From Eledone cirrhosa (lineage: Eukaryota), in NCBI GenBank assembly GCA_964016885.1, contig CAXHJY010000912.1:62001-126000 (forward strand): 64,000 nucleotides of DNA, given 5' to 3'. Below are positions 1 to 11,290 of the stretch, one piece after another. Within the stretch, counting starts at the first letter, position 1. The number at the start of each line of letters is the position of its first letter. The translations under genes were made by a program, and so were the position numbers. The notes beneath the pieces are model-generated. The model did no database searches and had not been told where the DNA came from. It was given only the letters and a program-made list of their open reading frames with translations.

Positions 1-1
1 T

Positions 2-439
2 AATTGTAGGAATCGGGTTGATTGCCCCCTATCCGGGAAATGCCTCTCTAGTAACATTGTCTACAAATGTAAGGTTGTAACACCCACGTCCCGTAGGGCC
101 TACATAGGGTTAACCGCCAATAGATTCAAGCAGCGTCTTTACACGCATACCCACTCTTTTCGTTACCCTCTAAGAAGGAATATGACATCACTTTCAGCTT
201 ATATCTGGAGTCTAAAAGACAACCACACCCAATATAAGTTACACTGGGAGATCCTAGCTAGGGCTAGATCATATAACGGAAATAAAAGACCTTGTGACCT
301 CTGCGCCGCTGAGGCCCTGGAAATACTCTACGCCACAGACCACATCTTAAACAAAATATCTGAGGCAATTTCGACTTGTAAACATAAATTGCACAAAACT
401 TTCCTGTATTACAGCCCCACGTTATACCATAATGGATAG
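2..439 (+). CDS. C-terminal GIY-YIG endonuclease of a Penelope-like retroelement ORF (5' part lies outside the window); resembles the Hydra clade
   Basis: Frame open from base 2: NCRNRVDCPLSGKCLSSNIVYKC...AYIGLTANRFKQR...H..SF...TSLSAYIWSLKD...CDLC..E...LNK.SE..STCKH. IVY/YIG motifs with conserved R, E and N of GIY-YIG nucleases; Cys-rich linker upstream. Confidence 0.85.
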   Translation, partial: NCRNRVDCPLSGKCLSSNIVYKCKVVTPTSRRAYIGLTANRFKQRLYTHTHSFRYPLRRNMTSLSAYIWSLKDNHTQYKLHWEILARARSYNGNKRPCDLCAAEALEILYATDHILNKISEAISTCKHKLHKTFLYYSPTLYHNG

Positions 440-979
440 TACGATCTATACGTGGATATTTTACGTCTTGATGTGGGAGCTAAATATGTTTTGTTTATAC
501 CATTACTTATTTGCATAGGTAAGTATATATTACCCGTATGTTTCGTGAAGGTACGTATACCTTCCCGTACGTATATTTGATTGTTTATGTTATGGCGTAT
601 AAACTTTTTTTATTTTTTTTATTCTGGTACATATGGTTTGGCTATGTGTATACGGGAGTTTTGCGTCTGTGTGAGTATGTAGGGTGTGTGTATATGTGTA
701 CTTCATGTTTTGGTTGACTTACGTCTCCGAACATTCGTGTATTTACATGTAGGTATGTGTGTGCGCTTGTTATTTACGTATTTATTTATTTATATACGTT
801 TATATAATTATTTATTTATATGTGCGTGGTTTTGTATACCTATGGTAAGTGTTTTGCATATGCTTGTGTATCTACGTATTTGTTTCCGTGTATGTATTTA
901 TTTATTTCTATTGCTTCTGTATTGTATTTATTTACTTTGTTCTTAACTCTGTAGCGGAGATTCATTCGGTCTCCTAGTT

Positions 980-1253
980 AGAATTTTAGTCTACGACTTC
1001 TGCTATACCATTTACGTGGATTTGTTTTTGCGTGCTATTGTTCTCCACGCTCCACATATGACGTATTATCTTCGTTTTTTCGTTCATTGCCAGAGAACGT
1101 CTCTTTGAACCACCTAAGAACCTTAGTCTACGACCTCTTTTATACCATAAACGTGGTTCTGTCTTTGCGCGTAATTGTTTTTCACCGCTCCTATTAATTA
1201 CGTATCTTATTCGTTTTTTCCCGTTCTTTGCCAGCGAACGTTTCCACGAACCA
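980..1253 (+). repeat. Diverged two-copy direct repeat, unit about 137 bp
   Basis: ttagtctacgac...tataccat...acgtgg...ttgccag.gaacgt...gaacca occurs starting at about 980 and about 1117. Confidence 0.85.
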
Positions 1254-1315
1254 AAGTATCGTCTTCCTGTCTTCCTCCGGTTGAAACGTTTTTTGAAATA
1301 TCCACTTCTGCGTTT

Positions 1316-1391
1316 ACAGATTGACTTTGTTAGTTTCAGAAGATCCCGTTAAGGGTGAAATCAGCGATTCTTTGCTTAAACTTTAATCTGT
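1316..1391 (+). ncRNA. Degenerate hammerhead-ribozyme-like motif
   Basis: CAGAAGA (CUGANGA with U4>A), ccc-gttaa-ggg stem II, GAAA, atc-agc-gat stem III, outer stem acagattga/ttaatctgt. Confidence 0.45.
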
Positions 1392-1402
1392 TATTTTAAT
1401 AA

Positions 1403-1586
1403 ATATATACATATATACATACATATATATATATACACATATATACATATATACATACATATATATATATATATACATATATACATATATACATACATAT
1501 ATATATATACACACATATATATATATATACACATATATACAGATATATATATATACATATATATATATACACATATATATATATAC

Positions 1587-1631
<45 letters not shown>

Positions 1632-2328
1632 CATATATATATATATACACATATATATATACATATACATATATATATATATATATATACACATATATAT
1701 ATACATATATATATATACATATATATATATACACATATATATATACACATATATATATATACACATATATATATACATATATATATATATACACATATAT
1801 ATATACATATATATATATATACACATATATATATATATACATATATATATACATATATATATATATACACATATATATATATACATATATATATATATAC
1901 ACATATATATATACATATATATATATATACACATATATATATACATATATATATATATACACATATATATATACATATATATATATATACACATATATAT
2001 ATACATATATATATATATACACATATATATATACATATATATATATACACATATATATATACATATATATATATATACACATATATATATACATATATAT
2101 ATATACACATATATATATACATATATATATATATACACATATATATATACAGATATATATATATACACATATATATATACATATATATATATATACACAT
2201 ATATATATACAGATATATATATATACACATATATATATACATATATACAGATATATATATATACACATATATATATACATATATACACATATATATATAT
2301 ACATATATATACATACACATATATATAC

Positions 2329-2359
<31 letters not shown>

Positions 2360-2362
2360 CAC

Positions 2363-2395
<33 letters not shown>

Positions 2396-2702
2396 CACAT
2401 ACATATATATACACATATATACATACACATATATACATACACATATATATACACATATATACATACACATATATATATATACACATATATACATACATAT
2501 ATATATATACACACATATATACATATATATACACATATACATATATACATATATATATATATACACATATATATATACATATATACACATATACATATAT
2601 ATATATATACATATATATATATACACATATATATATACATATATACACATATACATATATATATATATACACATATATATATATACACATATATATATAT
2701 AC

Positions 2703-2733
<31 letters not shown>

Positions 2734-3728
2734 CATATACACATATATATACACATATATATATATACACATATATATATATACATATATATATACATAT
2801 ATATATATACACATATATATATATACACATATATATATACATATATATATATACACATATATATATACATATATATATATATACACATATATATATATAC
2901 ACATATATATATACATATATATATACACATATATATATATACACATATTTATATATACATATATATATACATATATATATATATACACATATTTATATAT
3001 ACATATATACACATATATATACATATATATATATATACATATATATACATATATATACATACACATATTTATATATACATATATATATACACATATATAT
3101 ACACATATATATACATATATATATACATATATATATATACATATATATACATATATATATATACATATATATATATATACATATATATACATATATATAT
3201 ATACATATATATACATATATATATACATATATATATATACATATATATATATATACATATATATATACATATATATATACATATATATATATATACATAT
3301 ATATATACATACATATATATATATACATATATATATATACATATATATATATATACATATATATATACACATATATATATACATATATATATACACATAT
3401 ATATATACATATATATATACATATATATATATACATATATATATACATATATATATATACATATATATATACATATATATATACACATATATATATACAT
3501 ATATACATATATATATATACATATATATATACATATATATATACATATATATATACATATATATATACATATATACATATATATATATACATATATATAA
3601 ATACATATATATATATACATATATATATATACATATATATACATATATATATATATACATATATATATATACATATATACATATATATATATATACATAT
3701 ATACATATATATATATATACATATATAC

Positions 3729-3760
<32 letters not shown>

Positions 3761-3802
3761 ATATATACATATATATATATACATATACATATATATATAT
3801 AC

Positions 3803-3833
<31 letters not shown>

Positions 3834-4198
3834 CATATATATACATATATATATATACATATACATATATATATATACATATATATATATACATATACAT
3901 ATATATATATACATATATATATATACATATATATATATACATATACATATACATATATACATATATATATATACATATATATATATACATATACATATAT
4001 ATACATATATATATATACATATATATATACATATACATATATATACATATATACATATACATATATATATACATATATATACATATATATATACATATAT
4101 ATACATATATATATACATATATATATACATACATACATACATACATATATATACATACATACATACATATATATATATATATACATACATATATATAT

Positions 4199-4231
<33 letters not shown>

Positions 4232-4292
4232 CATACATATATATATATATATTCATACATATATATATATATATATACATACATATATATAT

Positions 4293-4325
<33 letters not shown>

Positions 4326-4402
4326 CATACATATATATATATATATATTCATACATATATATATATATATATTCATACATATATATATATATATATTCAT
4401 AC

Positions 4403-4438
<36 letters not shown>

Positions 4439-4476
4439 TCATATATATATACATATACATATATATATATTCATAC

Positions 4477-4534
<58 letters not shown>

Positions 4535-4756
4535 TCATATATATATACATATACACATACATATATATATATATACATATACATATATATACATATACAT
4601 ATATATACATATACATATATATATATATACATATACATATATATATATATACATATACATATATATATATATACATACATATACATATATACATATACAT
4701 ATATATACATATACATATATATATATACATATACATATATATATATACATATATAC

Positions 4757-4789
<33 letters not shown>

Positions 4790-4808
4790 CATATATACAT
4801 ATATATAC

Positions 4809-4855
<47 letters not shown>

Positions 4856-4884
4856 CATATATATATACATATATATATATATAC

Positions 4885-4931
<47 letters not shown>

Positions 4932-4944
4932 CATATATATATAC

Positions 4945-4995
<51 letters not shown>

Positions 4996-5004
4996 CATAT
5001 ATAC

Positions 5005-5035
<31 letters not shown>

Positions 5036-5240
5036 CATATACATATATATACATATACATATACATATATATATATATACATATATATATACATACATAT
5101 ACATATATATATACATACATATACATATATATATACATATATATATATATACATATATATATACATATATATATATATACATATATATATATACATATAT
5201 ATATATACATATATATATATATACATGTATATATATATAC

Positions 5241-5271
<31 letters not shown>

Positions 5272-5288
5272 CATGTATATATATATAC

Positions 5289-5335
<47 letters not shown>

Positions 5336-5394
5336 CATATATATATATACATATATATATATATACATATATATATATACATATATATATATAC

Positions 5395-5425
<31 letters not shown>

Positions 5426-5516
5426 CATATATATATATACATATATATATATATACATATATATATATACATATATATATATACATATATATATATACAT
5501 ATATACATATATATAC

Positions 5517-5605
<89 letters not shown>

Positions 5606-5606
5606 T
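1403..5606. repeat. 4.2 kb compound (TA)n/(TACA)/(TACACA) microsatellite
   Basis: Almost continuous purine-pyrimidine alternation with C interruptions on the + strand. Confidence 0.99.
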
Positions 5607-6035
5607 ATTGTTATATTTGGGGAGGGTCATATTTGCGTAATATTGCCAGAATTAATAACAGAACACACTCACTGTTTGGTTGGTTTTCGTTTCTCGCTGT
5701 CTTTTATATATATATATATCTGCGATCTAACTTACTCGGTCCTCAATGTTGCCATTGACTGGCCGGCGGTCAAAAATAATACAGATACAATATAGACACA
5801 AACACATATATATAGTTTACATAATTTACATAAATCTTTCGTTGCACATCTGCAACATCGTCAGTGGTGTTATATTCATTGTTCCTCCTGTTGTGTTGTA
5901 TGTCTACGCCATTTTTTTGTTCAGTCTGTTATTAATTCTGGCAATATTACGCAAATATGACCCTCCCCAAATATAACAATATCTGTTTCGACACACGATT
6001 TCATATAAAAAACCTCGCAAAACTAATTCATCGCC
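5605..6035 (+). mobile_element. Non-autonomous mini-copy of the PLE at 7483-10954 (inverted 3' arm plus 3' terminus and tail)
   Basis: 5605-5929 is the reverse complement of about 10591-10909; 5925-6027 matches 10852-10954 directly; junction at the shared tctgt; flanked by TA arrays. Confidence 0.93.
5800..5874 (-). ncRNA. Hammerhead-like core in the mini-PLE arm
   Basis: Minus strand CTGACGA-t-gttgca-gatg-tgcaac-GAAA-g...cta, with a 9-nt duplication (tttacataa) in stem-loop III. Confidence 0.6.
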
Positions 6036-6370
<335 letters not shown>

Positions 6371-7260
6371 AGTATTGAAATTTCAGTTAGAAACAGAAAA
6401 GGTCATAGAAATGAAGAGTGCTCTATGTCAGTATCAGAGCAAAATTTAATGTATAAAATCAATACAATATTATTACCTCATTACCAGAGGTTTCCCGAAT
6501 GAGGCGAATACGAAATAAACGACTTCATTCGTTCGTCAGACGAGGCAATATAAAACATGGGCAAATACTTAGAAAAACACATCAAGAAAATCAAAAAAAT
6601 ATATAGATAAATGAAATAGAAATTGAAATATATAAAAATCTATCAAGAATCATAGATGTGCATATATGTATATGTGTAAATGTATGGTTAGAAAGTGTGC
6701 GTAATTATAAAAATAAAAGTTTAGGGCAAATGTATCTATATGTCTGTCTGTATTATGCAGACGGAAATGGTTACTTCGTAAAAATAAGAAAATAAAGTCG
6801 CGCGCATAAAAAACGGCTGGACACTCGTACATTTAGATACGGAAAGTAAGGAGATGAAGAGAGTATAATAAATAAAAGAAAAGTATCTATTACGATATAT
6901 TTATAAAAATATAGTAACGATAAATTAGAAAGACAAGATAGAAAGAAAAATTAAAGAAAACAAAAAAAAACACAAAAAAACAAAAAAAAAAAAAGCGGGG
7001 GTACATACATACACAGACACGCGTGTCTCGCAAAAGAAATGTAAAAATAATTATGCTTATATACACACACGCGCTTACACTTCCATGCGTTCGATACGTA
7101 CATACAGACAGACAGACAGACAGACACACACACACACACACTTATACTCGCGCATATAAACCTGTTTGCATGCCGATGTATGAAACTGGGTAAATAACAG
7201 AAGGGGAGGGGGGGGGGAGAAGAAAAAAGCAAGAAACAAACAAAAAAATATAAAACCGAA
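6371..7260 (-). mobile_element. Orphan PLE-type 3' UTR/pseudo-LTR of a third family, inserted in a TA array
   Basis: T-rich on the minus strand like the 440-1400 UTR; carries a type I hammerhead about 110 nt from its 3' end; TA arrays on both sides; no ORF. Confidence 0.65.
6471..6550 (-). ncRNA. Type I hammerhead ribozyme
   Basis: Minus strand: tattgcctcgt CTGACGA a-cgaatga...tcattcg-g GAAA cc-tct-gg TA atgaggtaata. 11-bp stem I (2 G-U), 7-bp stem II, short stem III, GUA cleavage triplet. Confidence 0.85.
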
Positions 7261-7270
7261 ATATATATAC

Positions 7271-7301
<31 letters not shown>

Positions 7302-7308
7302 CATATAC

Positions 7309-7355
<47 letters not shown>

Positions 7356-7454
7356 CATATATACATATATATACATATATACATATATATACATATACAT
7401 ATATACATATACATATATACATATACATATATACATATACATATATACATATAC

Positions 7455-7485
<31 letters not shown>

Positions 7486-7486
7486 T
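7261..7486. repeat. (TA)n/(TACATA) microsatellite
   Basis: Direct reading. Confidence 0.98.
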
Positions 7487-7671
7487 TGTTATATTTGGGG
7501 AGGGTCATATTTGCGTAATATTGCCAGAATTAATAACAGAACACACTCACTGTTTGGTTGGTTTTCGCTTCTCGCTGTCTTTTATATATATATATCTGCG
7601 ATCTAACTTACTCGGTCCTCAATGTTGCCATTGACTGACCGGCGGTCAAAAATAATACAGATACAATATAG

Positions 7672-7741
7672 ACAAACACATATATATATAGTTTACATAA
7701 ATCTTTCGTTGCACATCTGCAACATCGTCAGTGGTGTTATA
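7672..7741 (-). ncRNA. Hammerhead-like core, inverted-arm copy
   Basis: Reverse complement of 10651-10720. Confidence 0.6.
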
Positions 7742-8014
7742 TTCATTGTTCCTCCTGTTGTGTCGTATGTCTACGCCATTTTTTTTTTTTTTTGTTCAGT
7801 CTGTCTATATATTTATTTATTTATTTATTTGCTTGTTTGTTTATCTTATTTTATTTTGTCTTCTTTGCGCATGCGTTTGCGTGTGTGTATAGTGTTATGT
7901 GTGATGTGTGACTAGTGTGTATAGAGTTGTGTCTGCTGGGTGACTAGTGTGTGTTTATGTGCTTGTGTATGTATTTATTTATCTTATTTTATTTTATTTA
8001 ATTTACTTATTTAT

Positions 8015-8716
8015 TTATACTTCTCTTAGGTCAGTGTTGTTTGTTTGGGTGTTGTTGTTGTTCCACTCATTCTTTCTGTTTAGCTTTGGTCTTCTAATTT
8101 CTATTTCACTGGCCTCTCTGATTTGCCTATCTGCTGGGTCATTCCTATGTTTAGATATTATTCTAATTTCTATGTTGTCTATGTTACCGTCATGATGTTG
8201 TCTAGCATGTTCGTATAGTACTGACCCGTTTTTTCGTCCTTTTAGTTCCCCCCAGTGTTGGTCTATCCTTTCACCTATGCTACGAGCTGTCTCACCTATG
8301 TATGTTGTTGTCGTGTTTCTGCAAGTACCCTCTGTACATCTTATGCTATAGACTACGTTTCTAGTTTTACAGTTTATCCGGGGGTTCACCTTACATATGA
8401 TACATTTCCTATTGGTACAGTGGGTTTTCTTAAAAGGGTAGGTTTTGCTGATCAGGGATTTTATGGTGGTTCCTGGCTTTTCTACCACCTTTATTTTTAA
8501 GTGGGTCTTTCTCAGGGCCTTTCTACACTGGTTAGCTAATTTCCCTCCAGGGGTGGCGTCCACAAACATGACACTCTGATATCTCTGGTTGTCGTACCAT
8601 GATGTGGCCTTCCCTATCTTATGTCTAGCCCTATCTAAGCTATTCCATGATTTGCTCCTGTATAGTGGGCAAATTCCTTTCATGTCCAGTTCTATGAGGG
8701 TCTTATACTTTTCCAT
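8015..8716 (-). CDS. Inverted duplicate of the linker and GIY-YIG endonuclease part of the PLE ORF (233 aa)
   Basis: Translation identical to the last 233 aa of ORF 8752-10380; by-product of the inversion. Confidence 0.8.
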   Translation of the reverse strand: MEKYKTLIELDMKGICPLYRSKSWNSLDRARHKIGKATSWYDNQRYQSVMFVDATPGGKLANQCRKALRKTHLKIKVVEKPGTTIKSLISKTYPFKKTHCTNRKCIICKVNPRINCKTRNVVYSIRCTEGTCRNTTTTYIGETARSIGERIDQHWGELKGRKNGSVLYEHARQHHDGNIDNIEIRIISKHRNDPADRQIREASEIEIRRPKLNRKNEWNNNNTQTNNTDLREV

Positions 8717-8751
8717 GGCTCCTTCGTATACTCTGACTCTGTCTCTTTGGT

Positions 8752-10380
8752 GTGAAAAGATGTGTGGAGATGATCATTGAGAGTGAGGTGGAGTTCTGCG
8801 ACGTCGACACAGACGAACTGGGCCTCCTACTTAGACTTACCTACGACACTGACTACCTAGACAGCCATGACCTTAGATGTTTCTGCCCTAGTAGACCTAT
8901 AAGAGGTAGACCCCCCACCATAACCTCAATGGCTAAAAAGACTCCCATAGGAAGGTGGATTGGGTGGACCAAAGCTATACGGACCCCCCAAAACACTGAT
9001 CAGGTAAGAAAAATGGTCGCACATGCAATAGGGGCTAGTATCAAAACTACCCTAAAGGGCCACATATTTAAGTTCAATGAGAAAATCTACACCCAAAATG
9101 AGGGAGCAGCCATCGGCGTCAGCATAGCTGGCGATGTTGCCAACCTTTTCATGGTATGGTGGGAAAGGAGACTTAAAGATCTCCTTAATGAAAGCTCCAT
9201 AGACCTCATCATGTACTCTCGTTATGTAGACGATATCAATATAGTTATAAGAACACCCCCACTAGAGAGCACTAACAAGTTTGATTTAGAACGTAGCACG
9301 ATGGAAAGCATCCAGCAGATAGCTAATTCCATACACCAGAGTATAACTGTAACTATAGACTTCCCTTCCAAACACCCTAACAATAGACTACCTGTATTAG
9401 ACACAGAACTCTGGATTAACACTATAGACGAGAGAGCCCAAATTCTCCACTCACACTATGCTAAACCCATGGCCTCCAAATACCTGATACTCAAAAACTC
9501 AGCAATGTCCAGTAGTGCTAAGTTTAATATTCTGATCGCAGATTTGGTACGAGTGATGAAGAATGTGTCCAGCATGTGCGACCCAACAGAAATGGAAGGA
9601 CACATCCAACACTTCATCAACCGCATGCAGTTCTCTGGCTACAACCAAAGAGACAGAGTCAGAGTATACGAAGGAGCCATGGAAAAGTATAAGACCCTCA
9701 TAGAACTGGACATGAAAGGAATTTGCCCACTATACAGGAGCAAATCATGGAATAGCTTAGATAGGGCTAGACATAAGATAGGGAAGGCCACATCATGGTA
9801 CGACAACCAGAGATATCAGAGTGTCATGTTTGTGGACGCCACCCCTGGAGGGAAATTAGCTAACCAGTGTAGAAAGGCCCTGAGAAAGACCCACTTAAAA
9901 ATAAAGGTGGTAGAAAAGCCAGGAACCACCATAAAATCCCTGATCAGCAAAACCTACCCTTTTAAGAAAACCCACTGTACCAATAGGAAATGTATCATAT
10001 GTAAGGTGAACCCCCGGATAAACTGTAAAACTAGAAACGTAGTCTATAGCATAAGATGTACAGAGGGTACTTGCAGAAACACGACAACAACATACATAGG
10101 TGAGACAGCTCGTAGCATAGGTGAAAGGATAGACCAACACTGGGGGGAACTAAAAGGACGAAAAAACGGGTCAGTACTATACGAACATGCTAGACAACAT
10201 CATGACGGTAACATAGACAACATAGAAATTAGAATAATATCTAAACATAGGAATGACCCAGCAGATAGGCAAATCAGAGAGGCCAGTGAAATAGAAATTA
10301 GAAGACCAAAGCTAAACAGAAAGAATGAGTGGAACAACAACAACACCCAAACAAACAACACTGACCTAAGAGAAGTATAA
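8752..10380 (+). CDS. PLE reverse transcriptase plus C-terminal GIY-YIG endonuclease, N-terminally truncated (Neptune-like Cys linker)
   Basis: RT motifs FKFNEKIYTQNEGAAIG (B'), RYVDD (9223-9234), LPVLD, HYAKP, SGY; linker CTNRKCIIC; EN VVYSIRC..C...YIGETARS..ER..QH...EH...H...REASEI...LN. Motif A is absent because the frame starts at the inversion junction. Confidence 0.95.
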   Translation: MKRCVEMIIESEVEFCDVDTDELGLLLRLTYDTDYLDSHDLRCFCPSRPIRGRPPTITSMAKKTPIGRWIGWTKAIRTPQNTDQVRKMVAHAIGASIKTTLKGHIFKFNEKIYTQNEGAAIGVSIAGDVANLFMVWWERRLKDLLNESSIDLIMYSRYVDDINIVIRTPPLESTNKFDLERSTMESIQQIANSIHQSITVTIDFPSKHPNNRLPVLDTELWINTIDERAQILHSHYAKPMASKYLILKNSAMSSSAKFNILIADLVRVMKNVSSMCDPTEMEGHIQHFINRMQFSGYNQRDRVRVYEGAMEKYKTLIELDMKGICPLYRSKSWNSLDRARHKIGKATSWYDNQRYQSVMFVDATPGGKLANQCRKALRKTHLKIKVVEKPGTTIKSLISKTYPFKKTHCTNRKCIICKVNPRINCKTRNVVYSIRCTEGTCRNTTTTYIGETARSIGERIDQHWGELKGRKNGSVLYEHARQHHDGNIDNIEIRIISKHRNDPADRQIREASEIEIRRPKLNRKNEWNNNNTQTNNTDLREV

Positions 10381-10650
10381 ATAAATAAGTAAATTAAATA
10401 AAATAAAATAAGATAAATAAATACATACACAAGCACATAAACACACACTAGTCACCCAGCAGACACAACTCTATACACACTAGTCACACATCACACATAA
10501 CACTATACACACACGCAAACGCATGCGCAAAGAAGACAAAATAAAATAAGATAAACAAACAAGCAAATAAATAAATAAATAAATATATAGACAGACTGAA
10601 CAAAAAAAAAAAATGGCGTAGACATACAACACAACAGGAGGAACAATGAA

Positions 10651-10720
10651 TATAACACCACTGACGATGTTGCAGATGTGCAACGAAAGATTTATGTAAA
10701 CTATATATATATGTGTTTGT
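10651..10720 (+). ncRNA. Hammerhead-like core in the PLE pseudo-LTR
   Basis: CTGACGA (10661-10667), gttgca/tgcaac stem II, GAAA (10685-10688), ag-a-ttta/taaa-ct stem III, CUA triplet at 10701-10703; stem I imperfect. Confidence 0.65.
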
Positions 10721-10952
10721 CTATATTGTATCTGTATTATTTTTGACCGCCGGTCAGTCAATGGCAACATTGAGGACCGAGTAAGTTAGATCGCAGATAT
10801 ATATATATAAAAGACAGCGAGAAGCGAAAACCAACCAAACAGTGAGTGTGTTCTGTTATTAATTCTGGCAATATTACGCAAATATGACCCTCCCCAAATA
10901 TAACAATATCTGTTTCGACACACGATTTCATATAAAAAACCTCGCAAAACTA

Positions 10953-10954
10953 AT

Positions 10955-10987
<33 letters not shown>

Positions 10988-11038
10988 CATATACATATAT
11001 ACATATACACATATATACATATACATATACATATACAC

Positions 11039-11087
<49 letters not shown>

Positions 11088-11088
11088 T
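10953..11088. repeat. (TA)n/(TACATA) microsatellite
   Basis: Direct reading. Confidence 0.98.
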
Positions 11089-11290
11089 GGTGGCTGCCAA
11101 CTCGTTTTCGAGTACGGCCACTACTTTATATCCATGTAGGAGAACCCCTACCGATGCGCTGAACGAGTGTGACTTTAGTCCAGCCAGCGACTTGAAAACT
11201 CTGGTACAAACATTACACTTGTGACAATTATTGACACATAGTGCTAGGCCCATGGTACCATGTGACGACAAGTGCAGAGAGATCTCCAGA
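11088..11290 (-). mobile_element. 3' end of an RTE-type LINE (terminal zinc-finger remnant and 3' hairpin)
   Basis: Minus frame [19 protein letters not shown], followed by a ctcg-aaaa-cgag hairpin running into the TA array. Confidence 0.55.

Larger units (their letters stand above)
1..1403 (+). mobile_element. Penelope-like element 3' portion (EN ORF, T-rich 3' UTR/pseudo-LTR) ending in a (TA)n array
   Basis: EN ORF followed by about 960 bp of T-rich UTR with a degenerate hammerhead core at 1337-1360; abuts the microsatellite at 1403. Confidence 0.75.
7483..10954 (+). mobile_element. Young, 5'-truncated Penelope-like retrotransposon with inverted 5' arm and 45-nt 3' tail
   Basis: 7483-8751 is the reverse complement of 9644-10909; RT+EN ORF at 8752-10380; tail 10910-10954; TA arrays on both sides. 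Confidence 0.95.

Noticed and set aside
1383-5758. Very long ORFs (up to 1002 aa) of Y/I/M/C/V
   Set aside because: Translations of a TA/CA microsatellite that lacks stop codons; no coding complexity.
8752-10380. Telomerase RT, or a selenocysteine-containing Naiad element
   Set aside because: The endonuclease is C-terminal, there is no in-frame TGA, and no TERT-specific domains are visible.
7483-10909. Fold-back assembly or amplification artefact
   Set aside because: The arms differ at two places, and an independent mini-copy shows the same arm start and tail; read-level confirmation is still desirable.
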